A stretch of 64,000 bases of DNA. It comes from Treponemataceae bacterium (GTDB lineage Bacteria > Spirochaetota > Spirochaetia > Treponematales > Rectinemataceae). The position numbers and the translations under genes were made by a program. The DNA is taken from NCBI GenBank assembly GCA_963678065.2, contig CAXXVZ010000003.1, positions 2,016,001 through 2,080,000 on the forward strand, in the 5' to 3' direction. The notes beneath the pieces are model-generated. The model saw only the letters and a program-made list of their open reading frames with translations, made no database searches and was not told where the DNA came from. Position 1 is the first letter of the stretch. Each line of letters begins with the position of its first letter. This document shows positions 17,869-27,956 of this stretch, piece after piece.

Positions 17869-20280
17869 TCAGATCACGTCGATCCGGAGGCCCGAAGGCG
17901 CAAGACCGTCGCACTGTGCCGTGATTTCGATACATCCGGGCCCGCCTGTCCCGAAGACCCAGGTCGCGACGCAGCCCCCGACGAGCGCGGGACTGGAAGG
18001 GCCTATGATCCGTCCCGGTCCCCGCAACTCGATCCTGACGCATCCCGAAGCGAAGGGGAAGAGGTTCCCGTATTGATCAAGCGCCCGGAACAGAACCCGT
18101 GTGGCGTCCGGCACGTCCGCAGACAGAGATCTGTCGTCGGCCTGCACATCCAGCCGGGCAAATCTCGCATCCGGCCCGTAGCGACGCCTGATGGCCTCCC
18201 TGCCCCCGACAATGCCGGCGAGCTCGAAAACTTCGTCCTTTTCGCCCCAGGCCATGCCATATTTCGAAAACAACGCCTCGGCCGCGGCGTAGTCGAGATG
18301 GTTCTTCAGCATAAAAAACCCAAACTGAAGCTTGACGAAGAGGCGCAGGGCCGCGACCCCTTCCGACATGACACGACTCGAAATCTTGCGGATGATCTTC
18401 CTGTCGCTGGCGGAGAATCCACTTCCGTCCAGCCTTTCCCCGATAAGGTCGCGTATCACGACGGGAGCATGAGTCAAATGGGGCCAGGCCCTCCGATCGG
18501 GCAGGTAACTGCCCACCCTCTCCCCGCCCCGGTACAGGACGACTTCGTCGCAGTTGGTCCAGACTTCGACAGGCAAAAGACGCGCCCCGGAGCGCTCGCC
18601 CTTCGCGAAGAGACTTGCGGCCTCGAGGACAGGGCGCGCCGAGGGATCGAGCTGGCTCGCGTACACGGCCGCCGCGTATTTCGGCACCCGGAACATGTCG
18701 CAGACGCCATGGTAACAGATCCTGTCGCCCGAGCCGAAATCCTTGTGGGTATTGTAGTCGAAGGCGCACCATCCGACGACCCCGGAGACGGCCGGATCGC
18801 CCATGGCCGCGTCGAGGACCCTGGCGTGGCGCCGTGCCTGCTCGGCGAGCCTCTCCTCGTTGTCGAAACGCTTTGTCGGGAACATGTGCCCGTTGTGTTC
18901 GGTGACGAGGTAAGGAACTTTCTTCCCGCCGGTGACGCGGCGAGGCTTTCGCAGCGCCTTCTTCCCGCCCGAATGGACGAAATCGTTGAAAGTGTAGACG
19001 TCTTCGAGAACTTCGCTCTTCTCGATGCAGCGGACGCCGCCGGTCTGGCGATCGGGATCGAGTCCGCGCGCGAGGGCGTTCGTCTCACGGTAAAAAGAGG
19101 AATCATCCTTCGATTCGTTGATGCGGACGCCCCAGAGCACGATGGAGGGGTGGCTGCGGTCGCGCCGGATCATCTCGTCCAGAGCGACAAGGGCGTTCGC
19201 CTTCCATTCCGCGTCACCGATATGCTGCCAGCCTGGCAATTCCTCGAATACGAGGAGACCGGCCTCGTCGCAGGCGTCCAGGAAGTCGGGAGATTGCGGA
19301 TAATGGCTCGTACGGACGAGATTCAAGCCAAGCTCCTGTTTCAGAAAGAGCGCATCCCGTCTCTGTACACGCGCGGGCATCGCGAAGCCGACGTAGGGAT
19401 AACTCTGGTGCCGGTTGAGCCCCCGGAGGAAAAGGCGCTTCTCATTGAGGAAGAAGCCGTCCGGACGGAACTCCGCTGTCCTGAACCCGAAGCGGACGCG
19501 CAGGCTGTCCTCGACTATGCCCTCCCGGACAAGCTCGATCTCGGCCTCGTACAGCGCAGGGTCGTCGGGCTCCCAGAGCCGGATCCCGGCCAGGTTTCCG
19601 CATTCCAGAGTGGCTTCTCCGCCATCAAGAGATATGTCGTCGATCCGGGCGACGAGATCCTCCCCATGAAGGATTTTTCCGCGCACCGAAAGCCCTCCGG
19701 CACACACAGCGGCCCGGCCCACCGCGATGTGGATCGCGAGGCGCTTTTTTTCGGAGAGCAGGTCGAATGTGCGGACCCAGACATCGGAGAGAAAGGCGCT
19801 GCCCTGACACCTCAGACTGACAGGGCGGTAGATGCCACCGTAACACAGAAAGTCCACGACGTGGCCGAATGGGGGAATGTCGGGGCGCTCGGTCGAGTCG
19901 ACCACGACGACAAGCCTGTTCATCGCTTCCGGGCGGATGAAGCGTGTAGCCTCGACGCTGAAGGGCGTGAAACCACCCTTGTGGCCGCCTGCATGGCTTC
20001 CGTTCACCCAGATTTCGCATGCTGTCATGACAGCCCCGAAATCGAAGAAGAACCTCGTTCCCTCTTCGGGCGCAGAGCCGAGGCTGAAGTCGAGGGCGTA
20101 GGTCGACACGAACTGGAAGGTCGTCTCGTCGAAACCGTTGTAGGGAAGTTCGAGATTGCTGTGGGGGATTTCGACGGAATCCCACTCGGAGATGTCGGTG
20201 TCCGGGGCGGTGAATCGTTCCGAAAAGCGGGGGATGAAACGCCATCCCCGGCAGAGATTCCGTATCCGCCTCATGGCCAC
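17869..20280 (-). CDS. GH2 family beta-galactosidase
   Basis: GHKGGFTPF, GLNRHQ, N.VRTSHYPQ, DRSHPSI..W..RINE, VTEHNGH; start at GTG 20280 (overlapping the upstream stop) or ATG 20274. Confidence 0.92.
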   Translation of the reverse strand: MAMRRIRNLCRGWRFIPRFSERFTAPDTDISEWDSVEIPHSNLELPYNGFDETTFQFVSTYALDFSLGSAPEEGTRFFFDFGAVMTACEIWVNGSHAGGHKGGFTPFSVEATRFIRPEAMNRLVVVVDSTERPDIPPFGHVVDFLCYGGIYRPVSLRCQGSAFLSDVWVRTFDLLSEKKRLAIHIAVGRAAVCAGGLSVRGKILHGEDLVARIDDISLDGGEATLECGNLAGIRLWEPDDPALYEAEIELVREGIVEDSLRVRFGFRTAEFRPDGFFLNEKRLFLRGLNRHQSYPYVGFAMPARVQRRDALFLKQELGLNLVRTSHYPQSPDFLDACDEAGLLVFEELPGWQHIGDAEWKANALVALDEMIRRDRSHPSIVLWGVRINESKDDSSFYRETNALARGLDPDRQTGGVRCIEKSEVLEDVYTFNDFVHSGGKKALRKPRRVTGGKKVPYLVTEHNGHMFPTKRFDNEERLAEQARRHARVLDAAMGDPAVSGVVGWCAFDYNTHKDFGSGDRICYHGVCDMFRVPKYAAAVYASQLDPSARPVLEAASLFAKGERSGARLLPVEVWTNCDEVVLYRGGERVGSYLPDRRAWPHLTHAPVVIRDLIGERLDGSGFSASDRKIIRKISSRVMSEGVAALRLFVKLQFGFFMLKNHLDYAAAEALFSKYGMAWGEKDEVFELAGIVGGREAIRRRYGPDARFARLDVQADDRSLSADVPDATRVLFRALDQYGNLFPFASGCVRIELRGPGRIIGPSSPALVGGCVATWVFGTGGPGCIEITAQCDGLAPSGLRIDVI

Positions 20281-21476
20281 TACTTTGATATCATCACCTG
20301 GAGGATCTGGATAAGGGGCAGGATTATGCAGACCACGATGAACACGATTTCCAGGGTGATCATTCTCTGCTCGCCGGTGTCGGTTTTCACCATGTCGTAG
20401 ACTTCCTGCAGCGCGTCGAGGCGTCGTTCGACGGAGAGTTTCCATGCCTCGGTGTTGAATATGGAGCAGAGCTGGGTATAGACCTGACCGAGGTAGTAAT
20501 CGCCGATAATTTTCGAAGAATTATCGAGGTTCTCGAGGATAAAGAGGGCGTCGAAACGGAGGGACTGGATGCGGGCGAACTTTATCTGGGCGTTGTCGCC
20601 GAATTTCCGCACCTTCGCGGTCTGGATGTAGAAACTGCGGAGGTCGCGCTCCGCATCCTCGAGCCAGCTGTCGAGTCGGGCGTCGAGGACCCGGAGTTCA
20701 AGAAGGCGGTAGTTCGCGTGCTCGGCTATGAGGAGGAGATCTTCGTAATCTCCCGCAGGATCGACGATGAGGCACCGGTCCATATCGAATATGGCGATAT
20801 CGTCTTTTCTATACGAGATGGGCTTCTCGAGTGTCTGGATGATCTGGCTCTCGTGGAGGATGCCAGGCTCCTCGCCCGCGAGGAGGGCGGCGGCGGTATC
20901 GCGGTGCTTCCGGATGAAAAGGGCCGGGTCCTTTTCGGGGCACTCGAGGAGGCAGTAGGCCGTGTAGGTTTCGCGATCCCACTCCCCGCCGATAGGGTTG
21001 CCGCTGATGGTCGGCTTGATGGCCTCGTAAAGTTTCCTGAAGCTTTCGTCGGCGTACTGGTTGAGAGTCATGCTCTTGCCGTTGGAGACTATCGTGCGGG
21101 AACGGACGAGGTGCAGTCCGGTGAAGGGAACCCTCACCTTCACCCTGATGACGAGGGTCAGTGCCCCGTCGTCGTATATCTTGGCCCTCGCGTTGAAGCA
21201 TTCGAAATTTCCCGTTTCCTCGCATTCTTCCTTGCCGAGAGAGAGGACGAGGGGTTTCGGAAGGGACAGGGATGGGGGAGTGTCGCGTCGCTTGACGGGA
21301 CCGAGGTCGGGATAGGCGGGAATGAGCGAAGCGAGCATCTTGAGATCTATACTCCGTCCGACGTCGTAAAGGTAGAGTCTGACGATCTCAGTGAGGAGAG
21401 CCGGTTCCCGGGCGGCGTCTTCGGCTTCTGGCGCTGTCTCTGCCGTCACCAAAGAAGCGGTCCCTGGCCCGTTCAT
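20280..21476 (-). CDS. Hypothetical membrane-anchored protein, possibly RMD1/YagE-like
   Basis: Helical protein with a single C-terminal TM (LEIVFIVVCIILP); family inferred from the Y..L...F...W...V..RL...LE pattern. Confidence 0.6.
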   Translation of the reverse strand: MNGPGTASLVTAETAPEAEDAAREPALLTEIVRLYLYDVGRSIDLKMLASLIPAYPDLGPVKRRDTPPSLSLPKPLVLSLGKEECEETGNFECFNARAKIYDDGALTLVIRVKVRVPFTGLHLVRSRTIVSNGKSMTLNQYADESFRKLYEAIKPTISGNPIGGEWDRETYTAYCLLECPEKDPALFIRKHRDTAAALLAGEEPGILHESQIIQTLEKPISYRKDDIAIFDMDRCLIVDPAGDYEDLLLIAEHANYRLLELRVLDARLDSWLEDAERDLRSFYIQTAKVRKFGDNAQIKFARIQSLRFDALFILENLDNSSKIIGDYYLGQVYTQLCSIFNTEAWKLSVERRLDALQEVYDMVKTDTGEQRMITLEIVFIVVCIILPLIQILQVMISK

Positions 21477-22555
21477 CGAACGTCTGCCCTCGATACTTCC
21501 TTGTCGAGAACGCTGAGAACGAGGACAGTGTTCTCGGGAAGGAAGAAGGGAATCGTGAACTTTCCGCCCGAATGATTGAAGGCGGCGAGGACAGTCCGCT
21601 CACCTGAAGGCTTGAGGGCAGCAAGGTTCACGGGTACGGCGTACGGATAGACAGGAAGCTCATGGACGAAAAGCCCGGCGATCATGCCTTTCTGCTTTTC
21701 AGGGGCGGCAATCGTGACGGATACTCTGCCGCCAGAGTCCGTTTCAGTCCCCGACACGGGGAGCTGCCCAACGACCGTGCCGGCCTTTTCGCCCTTCTGC
21801 GCCGGACGCATCGCAAATTCGACGGTGACGGGGCTCTTTCCTGCGGCTGTGATGGCATCGGAGAGGGAAAAATCCATGAAGGAAGGCACTTGAACCTTGG
21901 CTTTCTCCGGCCCCTTGCTCACGACGAACTCGAGTTCGACGGGGCCGGAAACTTCGGTCCCGGCCTGAGGCTTCTGCTGGAGGATAGTGCCCGGCTCCGC
22001 CTTGTCGTAGACATAGACGACGGGCTCCCTGATCGTCACAAGGGCGTGGGAGGACGCGAAGATGGTCTGGAGATTGATTTTGGTCTCGTCGAGGTTCTTT
22101 CCGGTAAAATCCCCGATCCGGTCGATGACGGCGCCCCGGCTGACGGTCAGCTGTATGCGCCTGCCAGCCTTGACGATGGTTCCGGCGGCAGGAGTCTGCT
22201 CGAGCACCTTGTTCCTGTCAGCAGGATTGTCCGTAAAGCGGAGCGAGAGACGCGGGTAGAGCTCGCGTTCCTGGAGCTTTATCATGGCTTCAGGCAGCTC
22301 GATGCCCCGCACGTCGGGCACGAGTGTCTGTTCGGCGCCGCGAAGGGCGAGAAAGAACACTCCCACGCCGGTCAGCACCATGAGGGCCATGAGGCCGACA
22401 AGAAAGAGCGCAAAAACACGGTACTGGTCCCGGGTCCACGATCCGAATTTTTTCGGATCGAGGGGAAGGGATGGCAACTTTTCACCGATGCGGCCACCGA
22501 GATCGCTCACAGCCCGCCCGATCTTCTTGCCGGATTCAGTCAGTTTCTTTTTCAT
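21473..22555 (-). CDS. PASTA domain protein
   Basis: N-terminal TM and three VP.....A....Q.P..G....V.L.VS repeats. Confidence 0.9.
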   Translation of the reverse strand: MKKKLTESGKKIGRAVSDLGGRIGEKLPSLPLDPKKFGSWTRDQYRVFALFLVGLMALMVLTGVGVFFLALRGAEQTLVPDVRGIELPEAMIKLQERELYPRLSLRFTDNPADRNKVLEQTPAAGTIVKAGRRIQLTVSRGAVIDRIGDFTGKNLDETKINLQTIFASSHALVTIREPVVYVYDKAEPGTILQQKPQAGTEVSGPVELEFVVSKGPEKAKVQVPSFMDFSLSDAITAAGKSPVTVEFAMRPAQKGEKAGTVVGQLPVSGTETDSGGRVSVTIAAPEKQKGMIAGLFVHELPVYPYAVPVNLAALKPSGERTVLAAFNHSGGKFTIPFFLPENTVLVLSVLDKEVSRADVR

Positions 22556-22573
22556 CGATGGTTCCGGAAATCC

Positions 22574-23521
22574 TCATGATGGAACGATGCCGAGCCTCGC
22601 TCCGGCGAGGCTTCTCACGCCGTTCGCAAATTCTTTGAACGGCAAGGCTTTTTTTGTCGGCATCTGAAGTCGCTTCAGAGCTATCGTCCCATCGATTGTT
22701 TGTACCATTATGCCTCGGGACCTGTCCAGAGCAAGGACAGTTCCGGGAAGTTCAGATATGGATTCGCCGGGGAAGGGCTCACTCTCGAGTATAGTCAGCC
22801 TCTGGATACCGAAAAAGGTGAAGGCTCCGGGCCAGGGCTGGTAGGCCCGCACCCGCGCGTCGATTTCCGCGGCGCCGAGACTCCAGTCGATGAGGCCATC
22901 GTCCTTCTTTATCATGAAGCAGTAGCTGGGATCTCCTTCCTGGGGTCTGGCCACCGCAGTTCCGGCTTCGATCCGCGCCAGCACCTCGACGGCCAGGCCC
23001 GCCCCGAGAGTGGCGGCTTTCCCGGAGAGGGAGAGTGTGGTTTCGCGACGATCCAAAGGAATCTTCTCCATCGCGAGAATGTCGCCGCAATCCATCTCGC
23101 GTGCTATGCGCTGTATGCTCACCCCCGTCTCCGCATCGCGGTTCAGGATAGCCTGAGGAATGGGAGCACAGCCACGATACTTCGGGAGGATGCTCGGGTG
23201 GATGTTGATGCCGCCTTCGGGGAAGAGCGAGAGGAACTTGGGCCCGAATATCCTTCCATAAGCAAAGGCGACGAGTATATCAGGGCGAAGCATCTCCACC
23301 TGACTCCGGGCTTCGGCGCCAAGCCTCTCGAATGCCAGGACCGGAGGCTGGCCGCCGGAAATTTCCTTCGCGGCCAGGGCGACCGGGGTGGGAGCGAGCG
23401 CGAGTCCTCTGCCCTTCCCTGATTCGGGGTTGGTGAGGATGCCGACGATGCTGTGGCGCCGGGCTATTCCGAGCAAGGTCGGGACGGCTATCTCGGGGCT
23501 GCCGGCGAAAAGTACGCGCAC
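22574..23521 (-). CDS. fmt: Methionyl-tRNA formyltransferase
   Basis: FAGSPEIA, AYG, INIHPS.LP.YRG.API, PWPGA; GTG start after an AGGAG RBS. Confidence 0.95.
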   Translation of the reverse strand: MRVLFAGSPEIAVPTLLGIARRHSIVGILTNPESGKGRGLALAPTPVALAAKEISGGQPPVLAFERLGAEARSQVEMLRPDILVAFAYGRIFGPKFLSLFPEGGINIHPSILPKYRGCAPIPQAILNRDAETGVSIQRIAREMDCGDILAMEKIPLDRRETTLSLSGKAATLGAGLAVEVLARIEAGTAVARPQEGDPSYCFMIKKDDGLIDWSLGAAEIDARVRAYQPWPGAFTFFGIQRLTILESEPFPGESISELPGTVLALDRSRGIMVQTIDGTIALKRLQMPTKKALPFKEFANGVRSLAGARLGIVPS

Positions 23522-23540
23522 TCTATCTGGCTCCTTCCGC

Positions 23541-24029
23541 CTACATCTTGACGAGGCGGTTGTACTGAATGAGGGCCCTCTGCTTCCTGCCAGGCGGCAG
23601 GCGGTCCACGAAGAGCTTGCCCTCGAGATGGTCGTACTCGTGCTGGAGGACCCGGGCCAGCATGCCTTCCGCCTCAAGCACAAAGGGTCTCCCTTTCTCG
23701 GTGAAAGCCTGCATCTTGATCATCGACGGCCTGCGCACCTTGGTGTAGAGCCCCGGTATCGACAGACATCCTTCCTCGATGTCGCACTCTTCCTGGGAAG
23801 TCAGGACAATCTCAGGGTTCACGAAAACCCGGAGCTTATCGTCGTCGAGTCCCGTGACAAAAACCCTGACAGATCTCCCCACCTGGGGGGCTGCAAGCCC
23901 GATCCCCTTGCCGTGCTTCATCGCTTCGTACATTTCTTCTATGAATTCGGCGAGCGCTGTGTCGAAATCCACGACGGGGGCCGCCTTCTGTTCGAGGATA
24001 GCTTCGCCCAAAGTCAGTATTTCAAGCAT
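23541..24029 (-). CDS. def: Peptide deformylase
   Basis: GIGLAAPQ, EGCLSIP, QHEYDHL. Confidence 0.97.
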   Translation of the reverse strand: MLEILTLGEAILEQKAAPVVDFDTALAEFIEEMYEAMKHGKGIGLAAPQVGRSVRVFVTGLDDDKLRVFVNPEIVLTSQEECDIEEGCLSIPGLYTKVRRPSMIKMQAFTEKGRPFVLEAEGMLARVLQHEYDHLEGKLFVDRLPPGRKQRALIQYNRLVKM

Positions 24030-24042
24030 GTCGATGATTCTC

Positions 24043-24591
24043 CTAATCCAGGGAAGGAATGGCGAAATGGTCGCCAGCCTTGAGTCCTGCTTTCGCGAAC
24101 CAGCCCTGAGGCACTTCCAGGGCGTACCTGACCAGCCGTTCGGAGGGCCTCGCCTCGGTCGAGAATGGGACGAGGTCCAAAATCTGGGTGATCGTTCCGT
24201 CCGATGCGATGTAGGCCAACGAGAGCGGAATCTGTGTATTCTTCATCCAGAAGGCGGGTCTCTGGTCCGTCTCGAAAACGAAGAGCATTCCCTTCCCGTC
24301 GGCCAGGCTTTTGCGGAACATGAGGCCGCGCGTACGCTGTTCCTCGTTTTGGGCTACTTCGGCCAGAACGGATATCGAGCCGGAGACCAGCTTCACCGAG
24401 TGAAGTACGGGGTTGGGCCTGTCCGCGGATCCGCCCGCTGCGTTCCCCGTTCCCGTACATGCCAAGGTGAAGATCGTGAGGGCGAAGAGGATGGCAAGAT
24501 TGCGGTATCCTGAAAGTTTTTGTGCCCGTCCCTGGCCTGATCCGAATCCGGATTTTCCCGAAACTTCCGTCATTCTATTGAGGGAGTGCAT
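24043..24591 (-). CDS. DUF192 family protein (start uncertain)
   Basis: EVA.....R..GLMFR, GMLFVF, FWMKNT.IPL, ALEV..G. Confidence 0.9.
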   Translation of the reverse strand: MHSLNRMTEVSGKSGFGSGQGRAQKLSGYRNLAILFALTIFTLACTGTGNAAGGSADRPNPVLHSVKLVSGSISVLAEVAQNEEQRTRGLMFRKSLADGKGMLFVFETDQRPAFWMKNTQIPLSLAYIASDGTITQILDLVPFSTEARPSERLVRYALEVPQGWFAKAGLKAGDHFAIPSLD

Positions 24592-24623
24592 ACCCGACCT
24601 TCTTTCCGGATCATCGTCCGGTC

Positions 24624-24660
24624 AAAAAAAACGCCGCGAGAGCTTGTTCGCTCCCGCGGC
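24624..24660 (-). terminator. Intrinsic terminator of rpsU
   Basis: GCCGCGGGAGC...GCTCTCGCGGC followed by T8. Confidence 0.8.
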
Positions 24661-24700
24661 AATCGATCGCGCGACCTTCCTGAGTGAGGAGGGGATGCGA

Positions 24701-24913
24701 TCAGTACCCGCCCTTGGAATCGCGGGATTTCCTGTTTTTCTTCATGAGCTTGCGGGCAAGAGCCTTCTGCTTGCGGTTCTTGAGCGTCGAAGGTTTTTCG
24801 AAATACTCGCGCTTTTTCCACTCGCGGATGATGCCCTCTTTTTCGACCATGCGCTTGAAGCGTTTGATCGCTTTCTCAAGAGGCTCGCCTTCATCTACCA
24901 CTATCTGCCGGAT
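24701..24913 (-). CDS. rpsU: 30S ribosomal protein bS21 (start probably ATC 24913; alternative GTG 24922)
   Basis: [16 protein letters not shown]...[12 protein letters not shown]. Confidence 0.93.
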   Translation of the reverse strand: MRQIVVDEGEPLEKAIKRFKRMVEKEGIIREWKKREYFEKPSTLKNRKQKALARKLMKKNRKSRDSKGGY

Positions 24914-24944
24914 ATCAATCACCTGCCTTTCAATCAGGGGTAGG

Positions 24945-24972
24945 ATTGTACTTGTTTTGGGGATTCTGTCAA
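24945..24972 (-). promoter_or_regulatory. sigma70-like promoter of rpsU
   Basis: TTGACA-N16-TACAAT. Confidence 0.7.
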
Positions 24973-25113
24973 GGGGACCAGTCACAGAGCATCGCCCGGA
25001 TGACGAGACCGCTTCATCATCGATCTTGCATCGTTCGGGAAATGGTATTCCCCGCTTTCTTCCATCGTGATACTATGGAAGCTGGCTAGCACACCGAACC
25101 ACGGGAGTATCCA

Positions 25114-27903
25114 ATGTTCACGCTCGGCAATATCGTCACCCTCGTCATCGTCCTGGCTCTCTTGTTCGCGTTTCGCCGTTTCGACCGCGACAACAGGTCG
25201 CTCGAAAAGGTGAAAAAACTGGCGGACAGGCTCCGCGATGAACTCGCCGCATATGTGGAGAAAAGGTCGGAGGATCTCCAGCGCTTCGGCATCGAACTCG
25301 ATGTCCAGCAGAAGGCGGCGAAGGTCGCCCTCGAGAAACTCCAGACCGTCCAGGAACATCTCGCGGGCAAGACCGAATCCATCGCGGAGATCGAAAAACG
25401 CCTGACCGAGTACGACCAGACCCTCGCGCGCCTCATGGAGATGACTTCCCGGGTCGACGAGAATCTCGCCCGCCTCCAGCAGGAGAGCAATTTCACCGAG
25501 AGCGTCAACCGCAAACTGGACACGGCCCGCAAGAGCATGGACGCCATAGAACGGGAGCTTCCCCTTCTGCGCGAAGGATTTGCCGGGGATGCAGCGCTCG
25601 CTCTCCAGACTTTCAAGGAAGGCATTCTTTCGGACATCGCCGCCGGCCTGCAGGATTCGGAGGCTGCGCTCGACCGGGCCAGGACCGAAGGGATCGAGGC
25701 CGTCGACAAGGCCATCGCTGCACAGACAAGGATCGAGGCCGCCTTCGAGGAAGCCTTCGCCCGCGCGAGGGCCGAAGCCGCCACGCTCGAGGATGCCACT
25801 TACGAGAAACTGAGGGAGGCCTCGGACGCCAAGGCGGCGAGGCTCCGCGACGCCATCGAGGAGAAGTTCCTCTCCGTTGGGCAGACGGCCAAGACGCTCG
25901 CCGGCGAAATACAGGATGCCCTCGGCAGGTTCCGTTCAGAGTGGGAGACCGAAGCCAGGAACCTCCTGGAGACGGCGCGTTCAGAAATCCGCTCCACTTC
26001 GGACTCGATCGAGGAGAGGATGGCCGCGGTCGAAGCGAAGGTCGTCGCGACCTCGGAGAATGCCGACAAGGCGCGCGACATCGCCGCCGGTGCCGTCGCG
26101 CGCGCCGCCGCAGAACTCGTTTCTCTCTCGGATGCCCTTCATTCAGAGAGTGTCGCGATGCGCGACGCGGCCATCGCCGATTTCGACGCGAAACTCGCAG
26201 AGTTCCGCACCGAGGCCGAACGGAAGTTCACCGGACTGGAAGAGGCGGGCAAGGAAACCGGATTTCTCGACGAGAAGCTTCGCACAAAGATGGAAGAAAC
26301 GCAGCGCCGGATCGAGGAAGAATTTGCGGCTTTCGGTCAGGCTTTCGAGGATCACAGAACGCGATTCGAGGAGAGCTTCTCGGGAGAGACTGCGCGCATC
26401 AAGTCAGATCTTGCCGGACTGCAGGCGGAACTGGATGCGCTCAAACTCCGCGCCTACGACCAGGTCAAGGAGAAGCTCTCGGGCTTCGAGGAAGACTTCT
26501 TTGCCGGTCTGAAGGAAAAGGCGCAGGGGCTCGAAACTTCATACGAGGGCTGGAAGACGGCTCTCGATGCTCGAATCGGATCTCTCGGGGAAGAGTACGC
26601 TGCCGCGCGCAGGCAGTCCGAGGAAGCGCACTCTTCCGAACTCGAACGGAAAACGGCTGAACGACTCGCTCAATTCACGGCGAACGCCGATGCTGCACTC
26701 CAAGCTTCGGGCAAGGAGATGAGAAGTCGGATCGAGGCCCTTGCGGCCTCCGTCATCGCGGAAGAAGGGAGCATCCGTTCCGCCCTTGAGGCGCTCGAAG
26801 GAGAGACCGCGAAGCTCAGGGCAGAGTATGGCGATGCCATCAGCCAGCTGGACAGCTCTTTCCGATCCGAGCTGGAGGGCTTCGAACTCGCACTGAGGGA
26901 TCTTGTAGAAAAATCCCGGAAAGAGTACGAATCCCAGCGCGACGCCTTCGACAGGGCGGCGGAAGCGGACCGGAAACGGCTTGCAGGAGAGCTCTCCAGG
27001 CTGGAGGAGGAGCAGAAACTATTGCTCGCCCAGACCGCCTCGCTGCAGGACGCCAAGGCGTTCAAGGATTCTCTCGCTACCCAGATAGGGGAACTCACGG
27101 ATTCGCTGAGCCGGGTGGAAGAGAGGCAGGCAGCGGTTTCGGAGCTCGAGAACCATCTCGGCAAGCTGAAAAAGACGGAAGAGGATGTCAGCCAGAAGAT
27201 GGTCCGCATTTTTTCAGAGAAGAATAGGATCGACTCTCTCGAGGAGAATGTCAGGAAACTGGCAACACTCTCTCAGACCGTGGAATCCCGCATTGCTGGC
27301 CTGACGGATCATGCGGATGAACTGGCCGGAATCCAGGCGTCGGTTCACAGGCTCGCTGAAATGACAACGGACGTGGATTCCAAATACGAAAGACTGGCAA
27401 AGAAATCCTCTGTCCTCGACACGACGACCGATGCCGTGGACAAGAACTTCCAGGTCATGAAAAGCCTGGAAGGGATGATTGCTTCCATAGAAAACAATCT
27501 CGGAACCTTGCCAGCCCGGGTTGCCGCGCTCGCCGGGGAAGTGGAGACGCTCGCTTCCTCGAGAACGAAGGCCGAGGAGACCGCACGGATCGTCGAGGGA
27601 CTCGAAATCGCGATGGAAGAAGCGTCGAAACGGGTTTCAGAGGTACAAAAGGCGCGGGAGTGGATTGCCCGCGCCGAATCGCGCCTCGAGGAGCTCGACA
27701 GACATGCCCGCGAACAATTCAAGCTGCTCTCCAGCCTGCTCGAAGAAGGTCCCGAGAAGGACTGGTCGGCGGTTCCGGCCAACATTCAGGACACGGTCCG
27801 GAAACTCGGCAAGCAGGGATGGGCGACCGAAGAGATCGCCAGGACAGTCAAACTCTCAAGAAGCGAAGTCGAGCTGATCCTTGAATTGGGAAACAAGGCC
27901 TGA
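25114..27903 (+). CDS. Spirochaete-type (SpiroCoCo-like) long coiled-coil protein with N-terminal TM and C-terminal HTH-like tail
   Basis: FRRFDRDNRSLEKVKK after the TM, heptad-rich body, GWATEEIARTVKLSRSEVELILEL end. Confidence 0.8.
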   Translation: MFTLGNIVTLVIVLALLFAFRRFDRDNRSLEKVKKLADRLRDELAAYVEKRSEDLQRFGIELDVQQKAAKVALEKLQTVQEHLAGKTESIAEIEKRLTEYDQTLARLMEMTSRVDENLARLQQESNFTESVNRKLDTARKSMDAIERELPLLREGFAGDAALALQTFKEGILSDIAAGLQDSEAALDRARTEGIEAVDKAIAAQTRIEAAFEEAFARARAEAATLEDATYEKLREASDAKAARLRDAIEEKFLSVGQTAKTLAGEIQDALGRFRSEWETEARNLLETARSEIRSTSDSIEERMAAVEAKVVATSENADKARDIAAGAVARAAAELVSLSDALHSESVAMRDAAIADFDAKLAEFRTEAERKFTGLEEAGKETGFLDEKLRTKMEETQRRIEEEFAAFGQAFEDHRTRFEESFSGETARIKSDLAGLQAELDALKLRAYDQVKEKLSGFEEDFFAGLKEKAQGLETSYEGWKTALDARIGSLGEEYAAARRQSEEAHSSELERKTAERLAQFTANADAALQASGKEMRSRIEALAASVIAEEGSIRSALEALEGETAKLRAEYGDAISQLDSSFRSELEGFELALRDLVEKSRKEYESQRDAFDRAAEADRKRLAGELSRLEEEQKLLLAQTASLQDAKAFKDSLATQIGELTDSLSRVEERQAAVSELENHLGKLKKTEEDVSQKMVRIFSEKNRIDSLEENVRKLATLSQTVESRIAGLTDHADELAGIQASVHRLAEMTTDVDSKYERLAKKSSVLDTTTDAVDKNFQVMKSLEGMIASIENNLGTLPARVAALAGEVETLASSRTKAEETARIVEGLEIAMEEASKRVSEVQKAREWIARAESRLEELDRHAREQFKLLSSLLEEGPEKDWSAVPANIQDTVRKLGKQGWATEEIARTVKLSRSEVELILELGNKA

Positions 27904-27956
27904 TGAAAAGGCCGGAGGAGGACACTAGCTTCTGCCGGCTTTTTCTGGCTCGGAGC

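Noticed and set aside
17407..20400. 997-aa + strand ORF
   Set aside because: It is the antisense shadow of the GH2 and UDG genes, expected in high-GC DNA, and has no recognisable motifs.
25114..27903. SMC or methyl-accepting chemotaxis protein
   Set aside because: It has no Walker motifs or MCP signalling hairpin, and fits a spirochaete membrane-anchored coiled-coil family better.
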